Shown here piece by piece: positions 8,836-19,462 of a stretch of DNA of 45,060 nt (positions within the stretch are counted from its first letter, which is position 1; every line of letters starts with the position of its first letter). The DNA lies in the IMG/VR virus record IMGVR_UViG_2718217795_000003. The stretch is one strand, 5' to 3'. The notes beneath the pieces were generated by a model that was given only the letters and a program-made list of their open reading frames with translations, made no database searches and was not told the DNA's origin. This stretch comes from a virus (Duplodnaviria; Heunggongvirae; Uroviricota; Caudoviricetes). Both the position numbers and the translations under genes were made by a program.

Positions 8836-10623
8836 TTAAGTCTGAGCCTCACTCTCTTGGCCATAAGTGGCTTGCCAGTATCTCGCCGTAGGGTTCATTA
8901 GAATGTGCAATACAAGCCACCATGCAAAAATGCAGGGAGGTTGGTTGTAGTAACCGGCAGGCACATATCCGTGAGCTAGTTGATTTCGTAAATCACCATA
9001 GATTTTATCTACCAGTAAGGCCTGAAGATTGCCAATTATGTCTACGCCGAAAGCTTCAATAATCAGTGGATTATCTAGTAATCCCTTGAGTCCATTTCGC
9101 TCTTGCGAACCGTCCCCGTGAAGCTGCGATGGTTCCTCACCTTTAATTTTAGCCACATATCTCAGACTATTTTCGAGCTGGGGAATCAACACGTGGCATG
9201 CCGTCATAAAATCTCCATTGAAACCGCAAACCATACCCTTGATGAAAAACTCTTCATGCCCAAACGGGATGAAGGGATGATTGATGAACATATCGCGAAA
9301 AAACGCCTCCGAGATTGGATATTTCATTGTGATCTCATCTGTAGCAGGAATAATTTGCCCAGCTACTGCCAACTCATGGTCGATACGCATTCTCGTCATC
9401 ATTATGGGCCAAATAACTGCCCCATTTGCATCATCAATCCCCAATCCTGCGGGTATGCGAGCAAGTGTCATTCCCTCATGATCAATATGTGTTGATCCAA
9501 ACATCCAAGCTATGCTGTTGGCCTTTTGTTCTATTGCTTGAGCCTTAAGTCTCTCAATGCTGGTTGGCCGACAGACCAGCATCGCAAGTCTGAAAACCAT
9601 ATCAAACAAATCTCTTCCGACTACCCGACTCTTGGCTTGATGGACAATCTCACTAATATCTTGAGGGGGAGACTGAAGGATAGACATCTGGTGACGGGAT
9701 TCGATTTGGTAATCACGCATTTCTTCATACAGCGCAAGACGTTCTATTCGGGTTCCTGGAATATTAGCCAGTGCTTCAATAGCATTCTGCATGCAGGCTG
9801 CCGAAATCATACCGCCATCTTGGAATTTTGACTCTTCCAGATGTGTATCGGCAAGAAGCCGCCAGAATTCAAACTGTGTATCTCTGTCACAGCACCTATT
9901 CGCAATCGGGATTGCGGTTTTACAGGCATCGACGGCAAATGAAAATAATTTTTGAGCCAGATAGTTTTTTGTCAGAAACAGGAGTTCCTGGGCAATAAAA
10001 GATGGCTCACTCACTTTACAGTCGATATCGAGTTGCAGGAGTCGCAGCGGATAAGGTGAATCGCCTTGTTCTCTGGTACGTTCATACTCTGCTAGTAGAT
10101 GTGCCGAAAGCTGATCAAATTCATCCCTGAAATCAGTATGCTTTCGAAAAAAACAACACAGCCTAAGCGCACGCTCTAGGCGTTCTAAAGCACTAACCCA
10201 CGTCCCTTGCGATGTCATAATAGCTATACTGGACGCATAATAAGCACGGACTGCCAGCAAAGGAAAACGGATTCCACCAATTTTACGAACCCAAAGTGTA
10301 TCAGCAATACGAGCTTGAAGTTCGGGTAGCTCTATCGTCGGGCAAAATTGAGAAAGTACCTCCAGCGACAACCCGTTAATGTCATCCGGAATTGCAGATC
10401 TACCTTGGCTGCTTTGAAAGCACGGACCAAATGGTACCTGTGGATTTTCGGGACGAAAGTGAAAACCGCAAATATGGGTTAGCAGTCTTATCTCCGCTCT
10501 TCCATCACCTAGGCTAGAAAGATACTTTGTGATATCAAAGCAGGTAACTGGCAGCTTACTCTGGATTAAGGGGGATAAATCAATAGTGTTAAGTTCGTCG
10601 AGGCTGATATTAATATCGTCCAT
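8836..10623 (-). CDS. Orphan 595-aa protein with C-terminal Rx4H (HEPN-like) motif; candidate defence/abortive-infection effector
   Basis: Long uninterrupted ORF opposite to flanking genes in an AT-richer block; no Walker A motif; motif DLRNQLAHGY (R546..H551, coordinates 8971-8988) about 45 aa from the C-terminus; flanked by 218 bp and about 670 bp of non-coding DNA. Confidence 0.8.
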   Translation of the reverse strand: MDDINISLDELNTIDLSPLIQSKLPVTCFDITKYLSSLGDGRAEIRLLTHICGFHFRPENPQVPFGPCFQSSQGRSAIPDDINGLSLEVLSQFCPTIELPELQARIADTLWVRKIGGIRFPLLAVRAYYASSIAIMTSQGTWVSALERLERALRLCCFFRKHTDFRDEFDQLSAHLLAEYERTREQGDSPYPLRLLQLDIDCKVSEPSFIAQELLFLTKNYLAQKLFSFAVDACKTAIPIANRCCDRDTQFEFWRLLADTHLEESKFQDGGMISAACMQNAIEALANIPGTRIERLALYEEMRDYQIESRHQMSILQSPPQDISEIVHQAKSRVVGRDLFDMVFRLAMLVCRPTSIERLKAQAIEQKANSIAWMFGSTHIDHEGMTLARIPAGLGIDDANGAVIWPIMMTRMRIDHELAVAGQIIPATDEITMKYPISEAFFRDMFINHPFIPFGHEEFFIKGMVCGFNGDFMTACHVLIPQLENSLRYVAKIKGEEPSQLHGDGSQERNGLKGLLDNPLIIEAFGVDIIGNLQALLVDKIYGDLRNQLAHGYVPAGYYNQPPCIFAWWLVLHILMNPTARYWQATYGQESEAQT

Positions 10624-10996
10624 GTCGTCACCTTGATGATTTGTTAATGCGGGGGCAACATTAATAAATGTACTTGAGACCGCAATTTGTCGATGGAGCC
10701 AACATTTATAACTATGTGCTTCTACCCTCTGAATTTTTACATGTGAATTGCTAGCTTGAATAGCTCTATCATTATATACGTGGCACTAAATTATGGCTGT
10801 TTTTCGCTCAAAGCGGACTAGAAGGTTAGCTTGTGTCGGACTTTGCGTATTAAAAGAAGTGCTGGTGGTGACTAGTGGTTGTGCCCCATTTCCACAGAAA
10901 AAATCAGAGAAACTATACCCAATAGTTGTATTGAATCACTGACGAGACAGCCTCATATTCATCAGGACTGGTCTACGTCCAATACAGGAGGTTGTG

Positions 10997-11086
10997 GTGC
11001 TGGTTCTCAAATGTGCGCTGGCTATTACGGCTGTAATGGCGATTTATTGTCTTGCTATTGTTCTTATGGATCGCCTTTCTGACTGA
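10997..11086 (+). CDS. Candidate small hydrophobic peptide (29 aa, GTG start) resembling type I toxin / small membrane protein
   Basis: AGGAGG at 10986-10991, GTG at 10997, ORF M-LVLKCALAITAVMAIYCLAIVLMDRLSD, stop 11084-11086; one predicted TM helix plus charged tail. Not in the ORF track (too short). Confidence 0.3.
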   Translation: MLVLKCALAITAVMAIYCLAIVLMDRLSD

Positions 11087-11297
11087 TTTCACATTGGCGA
11101 GGTAACGGTAGTTAAGTAGAATGGCTGCGGGTGCTTGAGGCTATCTGCCTCGGGCATGAACACCAACGGCAGATAGAGAAAAGCCCCAGTTAACATTACG
11201 CGTCCTGCAAGACGCTTAACATTAATCTGAGGCCAATTTCATGCTAGACATATGTAGGTTAGCCTCTTACGTGCCGAAAGGCAAGGAGAAGCAGGCT

Positions 11298-11453
11298 ATG
11301 AAGCAGCAAAAGGCGATGTTAATCGCCCTGATCGTCATCTGTTTAACCGTCATAGTGACGGCACTGGTAACGAGGAAAGACCTCTGCGAGGTACGAATCC
11401 GAACCGGGCAGACGGAGGTCGCTGTCTTCACAGCTTACGAACCTGAGGAGTAA
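11298..11453 (+). CDS. hok: Hok/Gef-family type I toxin
   Basis: 51-aa product MKQQKAMLIALIVICLTVIVTALVTRKDLCEVRIRTGQTEVAVFTAYEPEE is a canonical Hok family sequence (recalled as HokD/RelF-like); AAGGAG RBS; in-frame upstream extension from 11241 corresponds to the leader/mok region. Confidence 0.85.
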   Translation: MKQQKAMLIALIVICLTVIVTALVTRKDLCEVRIRTGQTEVAVFTAYEPEE

Positions 11454-11522
11454 GAGACCCGGCGAGGGAGAAATCCCTCGCCACCTCTGATGTGGCAGGC
11501 ATCCTCAACGCACCCGCACTTA

Positions 11523-11548
11523 ACCCGCTTCGGCGGGTTTTTGTTTTT
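11523..11548 (+). terminator. Rho-independent terminator after hok
   Basis: ACCCGC-TTCG-GCGGGT hairpin followed by a T-run; a second strong hairpin GGCGAGGGA/TCCCTCGCC lies at about 11461-11482. Confidence 0.6.
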
Positions 11549-11669
11549 ATTTTCAACGCGTTTGAAGTTCTGGACGGTGCCGGAATAGAATCAAAAATAC
11601 TTAAGTAGCGCGCAGGGATAAGAGGGATGGTCCCTTAAAGGGGAGAGCTAATTATCCGGAAGGATTCTG

Positions 11670-11921
11670 ATGATGAACATCGAAGAACTGCGTAAAAATT
11701 TTTGTGAAGATGGCCTCTATGCTGTGTGCGTTGAAAATGGAAATCTTGTTAGTCATTACCGCATTATGTGTTTGCGAAAGAATGGGGCTGCGTTAATTAA
11801 TTTTGTGGATGGTCGAGTGACAGACGGATTTATCTTGCGCGAAGGTGAGTTTGTCACTTCATTACAGGCACTGAAAGAGATCGGAATAAAAGCAGGCTTT
11901 TCAGCTTTTGCAGAAGAATAA
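11670..11921 (+). CDS. Small prophage protein (Rem-like, 83 aa)
   Basis: ATG with GGAAGGA upstream; sequence recalled as similar to the Qin rem product; function unknown. Confidence 0.5.
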   Translation: MMNIEELRKNFCEDGLYAVCVENGNLVSHYRIMCLRKNGAALINFVDGRVTDGFILREGEFVTSLQALKEIGIKAGFSAFAEE

Positions 11922-11987
11922 ACTCATCTACAATCTTGCGCGGGGCTGAACTCCCGCTGAGTAACACCGTGCCACCGGAGAAAACCG

Positions 11988-12266
11988 ATGGCACGCAACG
12001 TAAAATATTACAATTCTGATAATTCGCCCGTTCTTGTCTGCACGCACGAGCGGTATTCTCACGCATTCAAGTCTGAATGGTTCCAACACCCTCCATGCAC
12101 TGAAGAGCAGGCTGAATGGATAATTCAGTGTTACCGCAGGCGCGGATACGAGGTTAAGAAAGCCCTTAGTCTCGACTACCGTCACTGGATAATCTCAGTC
12201 AGATTGCCTTACTCCGAACGCCCACCGCGTCCGTCCCGTACATTCCAGCAACGCATCTGGAGGTAA
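11988..12266 (+). CDS. Hypothetical protein
   Basis: ATG with GGAG 8 nt upstream; 92 aa; ends 1 nt before the DUF968 gene start. Confidence 0.45.
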   Translation: MARNVKYYNSDNSPVLVCTHERYSHAFKSEWFQHPPCTEEQAEWIIQCYRRRGYEVKKALSLDYRHWIISVRLPYSERPPRPSRTFQQRIWR

Positions 12267-12267
12267 C

Positions 12268-13317
12268 GTGCGGGTATTACTTCGACCTGTTCTGGTACCG
12301 GAACTCGGGCTGGTGGTCGTTAAGCCGGGCCGTGAATCCATGCCGGTATTCCACAATACCCGGGTACTGGTGGAGCCGGAACCGAAAAGCATGCGTAATC
12401 TGCCGTCCGGGGTCGTTCCTGCCGTTCGCCAGCCGCTGGTGGAAGACAAAACATTGCTGCCGTTTTTCAGTAACGCACGGGTAATTCGTGCTGCTGGTGG
12501 TGCTGGTGCATTGTCTGACTGGCTGTTGCGCCATATTAAATCCTGCCAGTGGCCACACGGCGATTATCATCACAGCGAAACCGTTATTCACCGATATGGT
12601 ACCGGCGCAATGGTGTTGTGCTGGCACTGCGACAACCAGCTGCGTGACCAGACATCCGAATCACTCGAGCAACTTGCTCATCAAAACCTGTCAGCATGGA
12701 TGATTGACGTCATCGGTCACGCAATAAGCGGTACGCAGGAGCGTGAATTATCTCTGGCTGAATTATCCTGGTGGGCGGTCCGCAATCAGCTGGCGGACGC
12801 GCTACCGGAAGCGGTATTACGTCGCTCGCTGGGATTACCAGCGGAAAAAATCTGCTCGGTGTACCGCGAAAGCGACATCGTACCGGGAGAGCAGACCGCC
12901 ACCAGCATATTGAAACAGCGCACAAAAAATCTTGCACCGTTGCCTCACGCCCACCACCAACAAAACCCATCACAGGAAAAGACGGTGGTAAGCATCACCG
13001 TTGATCCAGAGTCTCCGGAATCTTTCATGAAGCTGCCTAAACGTCACCGGTGGGTTAAGGAGAAATACACACGCTGGGTTAAGACACAGCCGTGTGCTTG
13101 CTGCGGTATGCCAGCCGACGATCCGCATCATCTGATTGGTCACGGGCAAGGCGGAATGGGAACCAAAGCACATGATCTCTTTGTTTTGCCTTTGTGCAGA
13201 AAGCATCACGACGAGTTGCATACGGATACCGTGGCATTTGAAGAGAAGTATGGCTCCCAACTGGAGCTGATTTTTCGATTTATCGATCGCGCGCTGGCAA
13301 TTGGTGTGCTGGCCTAA
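12268..13317 (+). CDS. DUF968-family protein with C-terminal HNH-like Cys/His cluster (YdfU-like)
   Basis: GTG start with GGAGG upstream; 349 aa; C-terminus [43 protein letters not shown]. Confidence 0.7.
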   Translation: MRVLLRPVLVPELGLVVVKPGRESMPVFHNTRVLVEPEPKSMRNLPSGVVPAVRQPLVEDKTLLPFFSNARVIRAAGGAGALSDWLLRHIKSCQWPHGDYHHSETVIHRYGTGAMVLCWHCDNQLRDQTSESLEQLAHQNLSAWMIDVIGHAISGTQERELSLAELSWWAVRNQLADALPEAVLRRSLGLPAEKICSVYRESDIVPGEQTATSILKQRTKNLAPLPHAHHQQNPSQEKTVVSITVDPESPESFMKLPKRHRWVKEKYTRWVKTQPCACCGMPADDPHHLIGHGQGGMGTKAHDLFVLPLCRKHHDELHTDTVAFEEKYGSQLELIFRFIDRALAIGVLA

Positions 13318-13334
13318 TTTTGTGGAGTAAGTTG

Positions 13335-13712
13335 ATGCGTGATATTCAGATGGTTCTTGAGCGTTGGGGGGCATGGGCGGCTAATAATCATGAAGATGTG
13401 ACCTGGTCGTCCATTGCCGCCGGTTTTAAGGGATTAATTCCTTCAAAAGTAAGATCTCGTCCGCAATGCTGTGACGATGACGCGATGATCATTTGTGAAT
13501 GTATGGCTCGCCTGAAAAAAAACAACAGCGATTTACATGATTTATTGGTGGACTATTATGTCGGCGGCATGACTTTTATGGCGCTTGCACGTAAGCATGG
13601 GCGATCTGATTGTTGGGTTGGCAGGATGCTCCAGAAAGCTGAGGGCGTAGTGGAGGGCATGCTGATGGTGTTGGATCTCCGATTGGAGATGGATGCTGAT
13701 TGTTCGAAATAA
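13335..13712 (+). CDS. Q: Late-gene antiterminator Q
   Basis: [24 protein letters not shown]...[18 protein letters not shown] matches lambdoid Q (QuuQ-like) antiterminators; positioned before a strong terminator. Confidence 0.75.
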   Translation: MRDIQMVLERWGAWAANNHEDVTWSSIAAGFKGLIPSKVRSRPQCCDDDAMIICECMARLKKNNSDLHDLLVDYYVGGMTFMALARKHGRSDCWVGRMLQKAEGVVEGMLMVLDLRLEMDADCSK

Positions 13713-13810
13713 TTAAAGGAAAAGTTGCTGTCTGATTTTCATTAGTCTAACATTTTAAATGTTGGAATCGCAACGTAGTTATTATCATATAACAGCTTGT
13801 TTCCTGATTT

Positions 13811-13840
13811 AGCCAGCCTCCCCAAAGGCTGGTTTTTTTC
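13811..13840 (+). terminator. Rho-independent terminator (probable tR', target of Q antitermination)
   Basis: GCCAGCC-TCCCCAAA-GGCTGG hairpin followed by T7, about 100 nt after Q. Confidence 0.6.
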
Positions 13841-13867
13841 TAATAAGTATCATTTCGGGTGGGGATT

Positions 13868-14392
13868 TTATTGTTTAACCCATAATAGTTCATTGACATT
13901 GAATCCCAACTTTTGAGCGGTACGCACATAGTCTGCTTTTACATTATCTGGAATAGTTTGGGTCCTTGCCAGAATCCATAGGTATTCTCTGTTCGGACCA
14001 CTGACAAGAGCATACTTATACTCATCATCCAGTTTGATTACATTATAGCCACCATAGAAGGGGCCAAAAAACGAAACTTTCAACGCTGCAGTTTTAGTAT
14101 CTCCAGTAAAGTATGCTTTACCTTCGCTCTCGCTCCATTTGTTTTTCGTTGGATCGTATCCACGGTTAAGTACGCGAATCCCTCCGTCGTTCCGTTTTTC
14201 ATAAGTAGCGCTGACCTGTTCCAGACCACGTTCGAACCAGTTCTCGAGGCGAGCTATTTCATACCATTTTCCGAGGTAGCGGTTGGCGTCAAAATTTGTA
14301 ATCGGCTGCACACCTTTAGGTGGTGTCGGGGCCTTACATGCTATAAGAGTGAAAGAGAGTGCAATGCCAGTCAACACAGGCCATAACTTCAT
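13868..14392 (-). CDS. blc: Bacterial lipocalin Blc-like outer-membrane lipoprotein
   Basis: 174 aa; signal peptide with lipobox LIAC; lipocalin signature GKWYEIARL; reverse-oriented moron between Q and the lysis genes. Confidence 0.85.
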   Translation of the reverse strand: MKLWPVLTGIALSFTLIACKAPTPPKGVQPITNFDANRYLGKWYEIARLENWFERGLEQVSATYEKRNDGGIRVLNRGYDPTKNKWSESEGKAYFTGDTKTAALKVSFFGPFYGGYNVIKLDDEYKYALVSGPNREYLWILARTQTIPDNVKADYVRTAQKLGFNVNELLWVKQ

Positions 14393-14584
14393 AATAAATC
14401 CTGTACTTTTGATAGTTGAGAGTAAGTATGAAAGATAGATGAGTACGACCGATCACTTAAAGAACTTTCCTACTATATTAGGAATAGTCAATAACAGAAA
14501 AATTGTCAGTGATGAAGCCAGAAAGGCAATTTAGTCCGTGCACTACAAAGTTTATGTGTTAATGAATTAGTCAAGGGGGAGGAA

Positions 14585-15455
14585 ATGATAAAAAAACCTG
14601 TGATTGGGATCAGCGGTTGTTTGGGCGGTTCTGCTGTTCGTTTTGATGGTGGTCACAAAAGAGATGACTTTTTAATGGACAAATTAGTGGAATGGGTAAC
14701 ATTCAGACCAGTATGTCCGGAAATGGCTATAGGGCTGCCAGTTCCGCGTCCTGCTCTACGACTTGTGCGCTCGAAGCAAGGAAATATACGGATGTGTTTC
14801 AGCCACGACCAGAATGAGGATGTGACAGAGAGAATGACAGAGTTTAGTCGTTCTTATATGGACAAATTAAAGGATGTATCGGGGTTTGTGGTTTGTGCTA
14901 AATCTCCCAGCTGTGGCATGGAGCGCGTGCGTGTCTATGATGAAAATGGTAATCGAGGTCGTAAAGATGGAGTGGGACTATTTACGAGCACTTTGATGGA
15001 AAAGTTTTCCTGGCTACCGGTTGAAGAGGATGGGCGATTACATGATCCAGTGCTTCGTGAGAATTTTATTGAAAGAGTTTTTGCTTTGCATGAGCTCAAT
15101 CATCTTTACAAGGAGAAATTATCAAGAAGAGAGTTATTAGCTTTTCATAGTCGTTATAAGCTTCAGTTGTTGGCGCATAGCCAGGCAGGCTATAAAGATA
15201 TGGGACCATTTGTGGCTGCAATACACGAATGTGCTGATGCATATACAGGGGTATTTTAGTAATTACTTAAGTACACGCCAGCGTAAAGAGTTGAGCGAGG
15301 TTATACTTAACTATCGCTTTGGCACATTGCCTCTTCTTGCGCCGTTGACTCTGCTGAAGCATTATCTGGGTGAGTATCCTAATGATTACTTGCTTACACA
15401 GAATTACTTCGATCCCTATCCGGAAGAACTGGCTCTAAGACTGATGGTGAATTAA
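14585..15455 (+). pseudogene. YbgA/DUF523-DUF1722-family gene interrupted by a frameshift
   Basis: ORF 14585..15259 (MIKKPVIGISGCLGGSAVRFDGGHK..., DUF523-like N-terminus) and ORF 15210..15455 continue each other in different frames; strong RBS AAGGGGGAGG before 14585. Confidence 0.55.
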
Positions 15456-15861
15456 CTGTATGCGATATCATCTGAAAGTGATGAGTTCCTGTATGCAGGA
15501 TATTTACAATCGTAAAAACTACGCTATGATGCCCATAGTGTCAGTTTGTATAAAAATCCTGTTCACGCTAAAGAAAACATTGAGATGCAATTTAATGTTG
15601 GTAAACATACCAGCCCCAAAAGATTTTATTCAATCTGTTTTTATATGAAGATATTTCAAGTGAATATTAAGAGCATATAATATTATTATTGCACGCAGCT
15701 ATTATAATATAACAGATTAGTTTAATGATTTGTTTTTTGTGAGTTAAACACATGGTTTTATAGTTGTGATGCAATGAGATTTTCCTTATTGTTGAACTGG
15801 CGAATATTGATTTTCCACCTATACTTACCTGGTGTAACCCCAATGATATCAGGTGGATAAT

Positions 15862-16575
15862 ATGCCATACATATGTTCTATCATTTTGGTGTTGAACTCG
15901 TTTGGTGTCCGAATTGGTAAAGAAGATATTTTGTTTAAAAAAGGAAATGCTGTCCTCATTGAATACAATTTAAAAGATCTTTTTTCGTCAAATACAGATC
16001 ATCTAATGATCGTAGATGTTGAGGAGAAAACAGTTAATGATTTCTTTAAAAACTACACACTCTCACCTTTTTCTGTAAGAAGGTTTTATCCGTCATACTT
16101 GATAGTAGAATGTGAAGATTTTTCATTGTTAAGGAACTTGGTTGCATGCTTGAATTGTGATAGCAAAACCGTGGATGTAGTTAGAAATCAAATATCACTT
16201 GCATGTCTTGCTGTCTTATCTTCAGAGAAAATAGTGCAAAGTTTTTTGTTCGGAAGTCTTAATAGCTTAGGTTGTAAAGTTAAGGCTATTATTCACTCGG
16301 ATATCTCAGCGTCATGGAGACTTTGTGATATATCTTCAAGATTATATATGAGCGAGAGTTTGTTAAAAAGAAAATTAAAAGACGAAGGATTATCGTTTAG
16401 TAAATTAATTCTTGAAGAACGAATGATGATGGCGCAAAGATTATTGATCTACAGTAACCATACTGTCGGCAAGGTGGCGGGAATATGCGGGTATGACAAT
16501 GCATCATATTTTGTAAGTGTTTTTAGAGGATATTTTGGTGTGCCTCCGCGCCAATATTTATCAAGATTTTCTTAG
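15862..16575 (+). CDS. AraC-family transcriptional regulator (AppY/EnvY-like prophage regulator)
   Basis: ATG at 15862 with AGGTGG upstream; C-terminal AraC-type HTH (...GYDNASYFVSVFRGYFGVPPRQY); very AT-rich gene and flanks. Confidence 0.8.
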   Translation: MPYICSIILVLNSFGVRIGKEDILFKKGNAVLIEYNLKDLFSSNTDHLMIVDVEEKTVNDFFKNYTLSPFSVRRFYPSYLIVECEDFSLLRNLVACLNCDSKTVDVVRNQISLACLAVLSSEKIVQSFLFGSLNSLGCKVKAIIHSDISASWRLCDISSRLYMSESLLKRKLKDEGLSFSKLILEERMMMAQRLLIYSNHTVGKVAGICGYDNASYFVSVFRGYFGVPPRQYLSRFS

Positions 16576-16765
16576 AAGATATGATGTGATGGTATTTTAT
16601 AAAGTTATTTTTTGAAGTGTAAGATTATACGATATTTTTAGCTACGCCAGAATAATTGCTGGCGTTTTTCTTTTTGAATAGATGTTCGGGCCTTACGCTA
16701 ATGTAACTTCTTTCCTTCTTCGAACCAAACCGTGTACACCATCCGTTATCTGCGGAGGTGAGGCT

Positions 16766-16981
16766 ATGAAATCCATGGATAAGTTAACAACGGGCATCGC
16801 CTACAGCACCTCTGCAGGCAGTGCTGGCTACTGGTTTTTACAGTTGCTCGATAAAGTCACGCCCTCACAGTGGGCGGCAATAGGTGTATTGGGTAGTCTG
16901 GTATTTGGCATGCTGACGTATCTGACAAACCTTTATTTCAAGATTAAAGAAGACAGGCGTAAGGTTGCGAGAAGAGAGTAA
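16766..16981 (+). CDS. S: Holin, phage-21 S21 pinholin type with dual-start motif
   Basis: [66 protein letters not shown]; GGAGGTGAGG RBS; two Met codons (MKSM) as in holin/antiholin dual starts. Confidence 0.85.
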   Translation: MKSMDKLTTGIAYSTSAGSAGYWFLQLLDKVTPSQWAAIGVLGSLVFGMLTYLTNLYFKIKEDRRKVARRE

Positions 16982-16985
16982 TCCA

Positions 16986-17537
16986 ATGACTCAAGACTAT
17001 GAACTGGTTGTGAAAGGAGTTCGCAATTTTGAGAATAAAGTGGCGGTAACTGTAGCCTTACGGGACAAAAAACACTTTGACGGTGAAATTTTTGACCTGG
17101 ACATCTCGCTGGACCGTGTTGAAGGTGCCGCGCTGGAGTTTTATGAGGCAGCAGCCAGAAGGAGCATCAGACAGGTCTTCCTGGATGTTGCTGCCGGGTT
17201 ATGTGAAGGGGATGAGCAGTCGCCGGAAAAGCGCCCCATAATTTTAGAGGCGCAGAATGCGTGGATAACCTACAAAGGAAAGCTACCGGGAAGAATTACT
17301 GGTTCTCTGAAGACGCCACCGACGGCATTGCGGTCAGAAAAAGATGATATTGAATCGCCCATTGAAAAACTGGAGGGCAGCGTCGCTGATCTGAATAAAA
17401 AATTGTCGGTGCTGATTCCTTCTGAAGATGAAAAAAAACGCCGCGATGAGCAGTTTGCGGCGTTTTACGATTATTGCATTGAAGTTACTCGCAGGAATTT
17501 TGTGAAGATTTTTGAGGAGGGTAAATCTCTTCAGTAA
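16986..17537 (+). CDS. Hypothetical lysis-cassette protein (YdfR/DUF1327-like N-terminus with C-terminal extension)
   Basis: 184-aa ORF between holin and endolysin; the 3' portion overlaps a - strand ORF, so the true extent is uncertain. Confidence 0.45.
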   Translation: MTQDYELVVKGVRNFENKVAVTVALRDKKHFDGEIFDLDISLDRVEGAALEFYEAAARRSIRQVFLDVAAGLCEGDEQSPEKRPIILEAQNAWITYKGKLPGRITGSLKTPPTALRSEKDDIESPIEKLEGSVADLNKKLSVLIPSEDEKKRRDEQFAAFYDYCIEVTRRNFVKIFEEGKSLQ

Positions 17538-17745
17538 GCTTATTGGCGGACGCTGCAATTAATTCAGGAAGGTCCGCAAGGTCATCTGTCAGTGGATATG
17601 ATGAAAAATCGGCGGCAGTTCTGTTAAGAAGCGCTTTAACTAATTCCTTTTCCTTCTCCGGCAACAAGTTGATTAGAGCTACGACTGCTTGCCTGAGTGC
17701 GATTAAATCAGCAAAAGTTTGTTTAGGTAGATTTGTGTAATCCAT
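17485..17745 (-). CDS. Hypothetical small protein (opposite strand within the lysis cassette)
   Basis: 86-aa ORF with protein-like composition; overlaps the 3' end of the preceding + ORF, so one of the two may be spurious. Confidence 0.3.
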   Translation of the reverse strand: MDYTNLPKQTFADLIALRQAVVALINLLPEKEKELVKALLNRTAADFSSYPLTDDLADLPELIAASANKLTEEIYPPQKSSQNSCE

Positions 17746-17858
17746 AGTCGCCTCTGTGTTTATCAGATTGACATCCTCCTCCCGCCAGTGCCCATCACTG
17801 GTGAGGTAAGATTTAACATATCCGGGGATTTGAAGCCGATAAATCCTGATAAATATCC

Positions 17859-18886
<1,028 letters not shown>

Positions 18887-19249
18887 ATTAATATTAAATC
18901 GGATTATTTTTAGCGCTGAATGTGAAATTTAAATAAAAAGGACTCTTCCATGAGTCAAAATCCTTGAAATCTTAAGGGTAAGATAAAAGATCATTAGACA
19001 GAATGACACGTTTTATTAATAAATAAAGCTATTGTTTCATTCGTGTGTTTTTCTTTACAAAAGTAATCCTTGCTATGGTTGGTTAATCATGCGTTAATGG
19101 TGTTCTGGTTTGTTACAAAATTATCTGAAGCAGTCATTGTTATAATTTTATTATTTGTACCTCTTGAGATTTCCTTGTTGGTTTTTCTCTCTGATATTTT
19201 TTTTCGGACCATTCTGCCCAAGGGCTAACTTCTTCAAAAGGTAATAATG

Positions 19250-19462
19250 ATGTCTAACAAAATGACTGGTTTAGTGAAATGGTTTAACCCTGAAAAAGGT
19301 TTTGGTTTCATCACGCCGAAAGATGGTAGCAAAGATGTGTTTGTCCATTTCTCAGCTATTCAGAGCAACGATTTCAAAACGTTAACTGAGAATCAGGAAG
19401 TCGAATTTGGTATTGAGAACGGACCTAAAGGCCCCGCGGCTGTTCATGTTGTGGCACTTTGA
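19250..19462 (+). CDS. cspI: Cold-shock protein CspA family (CspI-like)
   Basis: [38 protein letters not shown]...; long AT-rich 5' leader (about 18890-19246) typical of cold-shock genes. Confidence 0.9.
   Translation: MSNKMTGLVKWFNPEKGFGFITPKDGSKDVFVHFSAIQSNDFKTLTENQEVEFGIENGPKGPAAVHVVAL

Noticed and set aside
10879-11082. 67-aa TTG-initiated ORF with Gly/Cys-rich C-terminus, superficially microcin-like
   Set aside because: No ATG or RBS for this frame; the AGGAGG in the region serves the alternative-frame 29-codon peptide, which I report instead.
12277-13374. - strand ORFs of 116, 87 and 134 aa overlapping the DUF968 and Q genes
   Set aside because: Antisense to better-supported + strand genes that have RBSs and recognisable motifs.
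15460-15648. 62-aa ORF in the AT-rich spacer after the ybgA-like pseudogene
   Set aside because: No RBS, low-complexity hydrophobic translation in AT-rich intergenic DNA; likely spurious.
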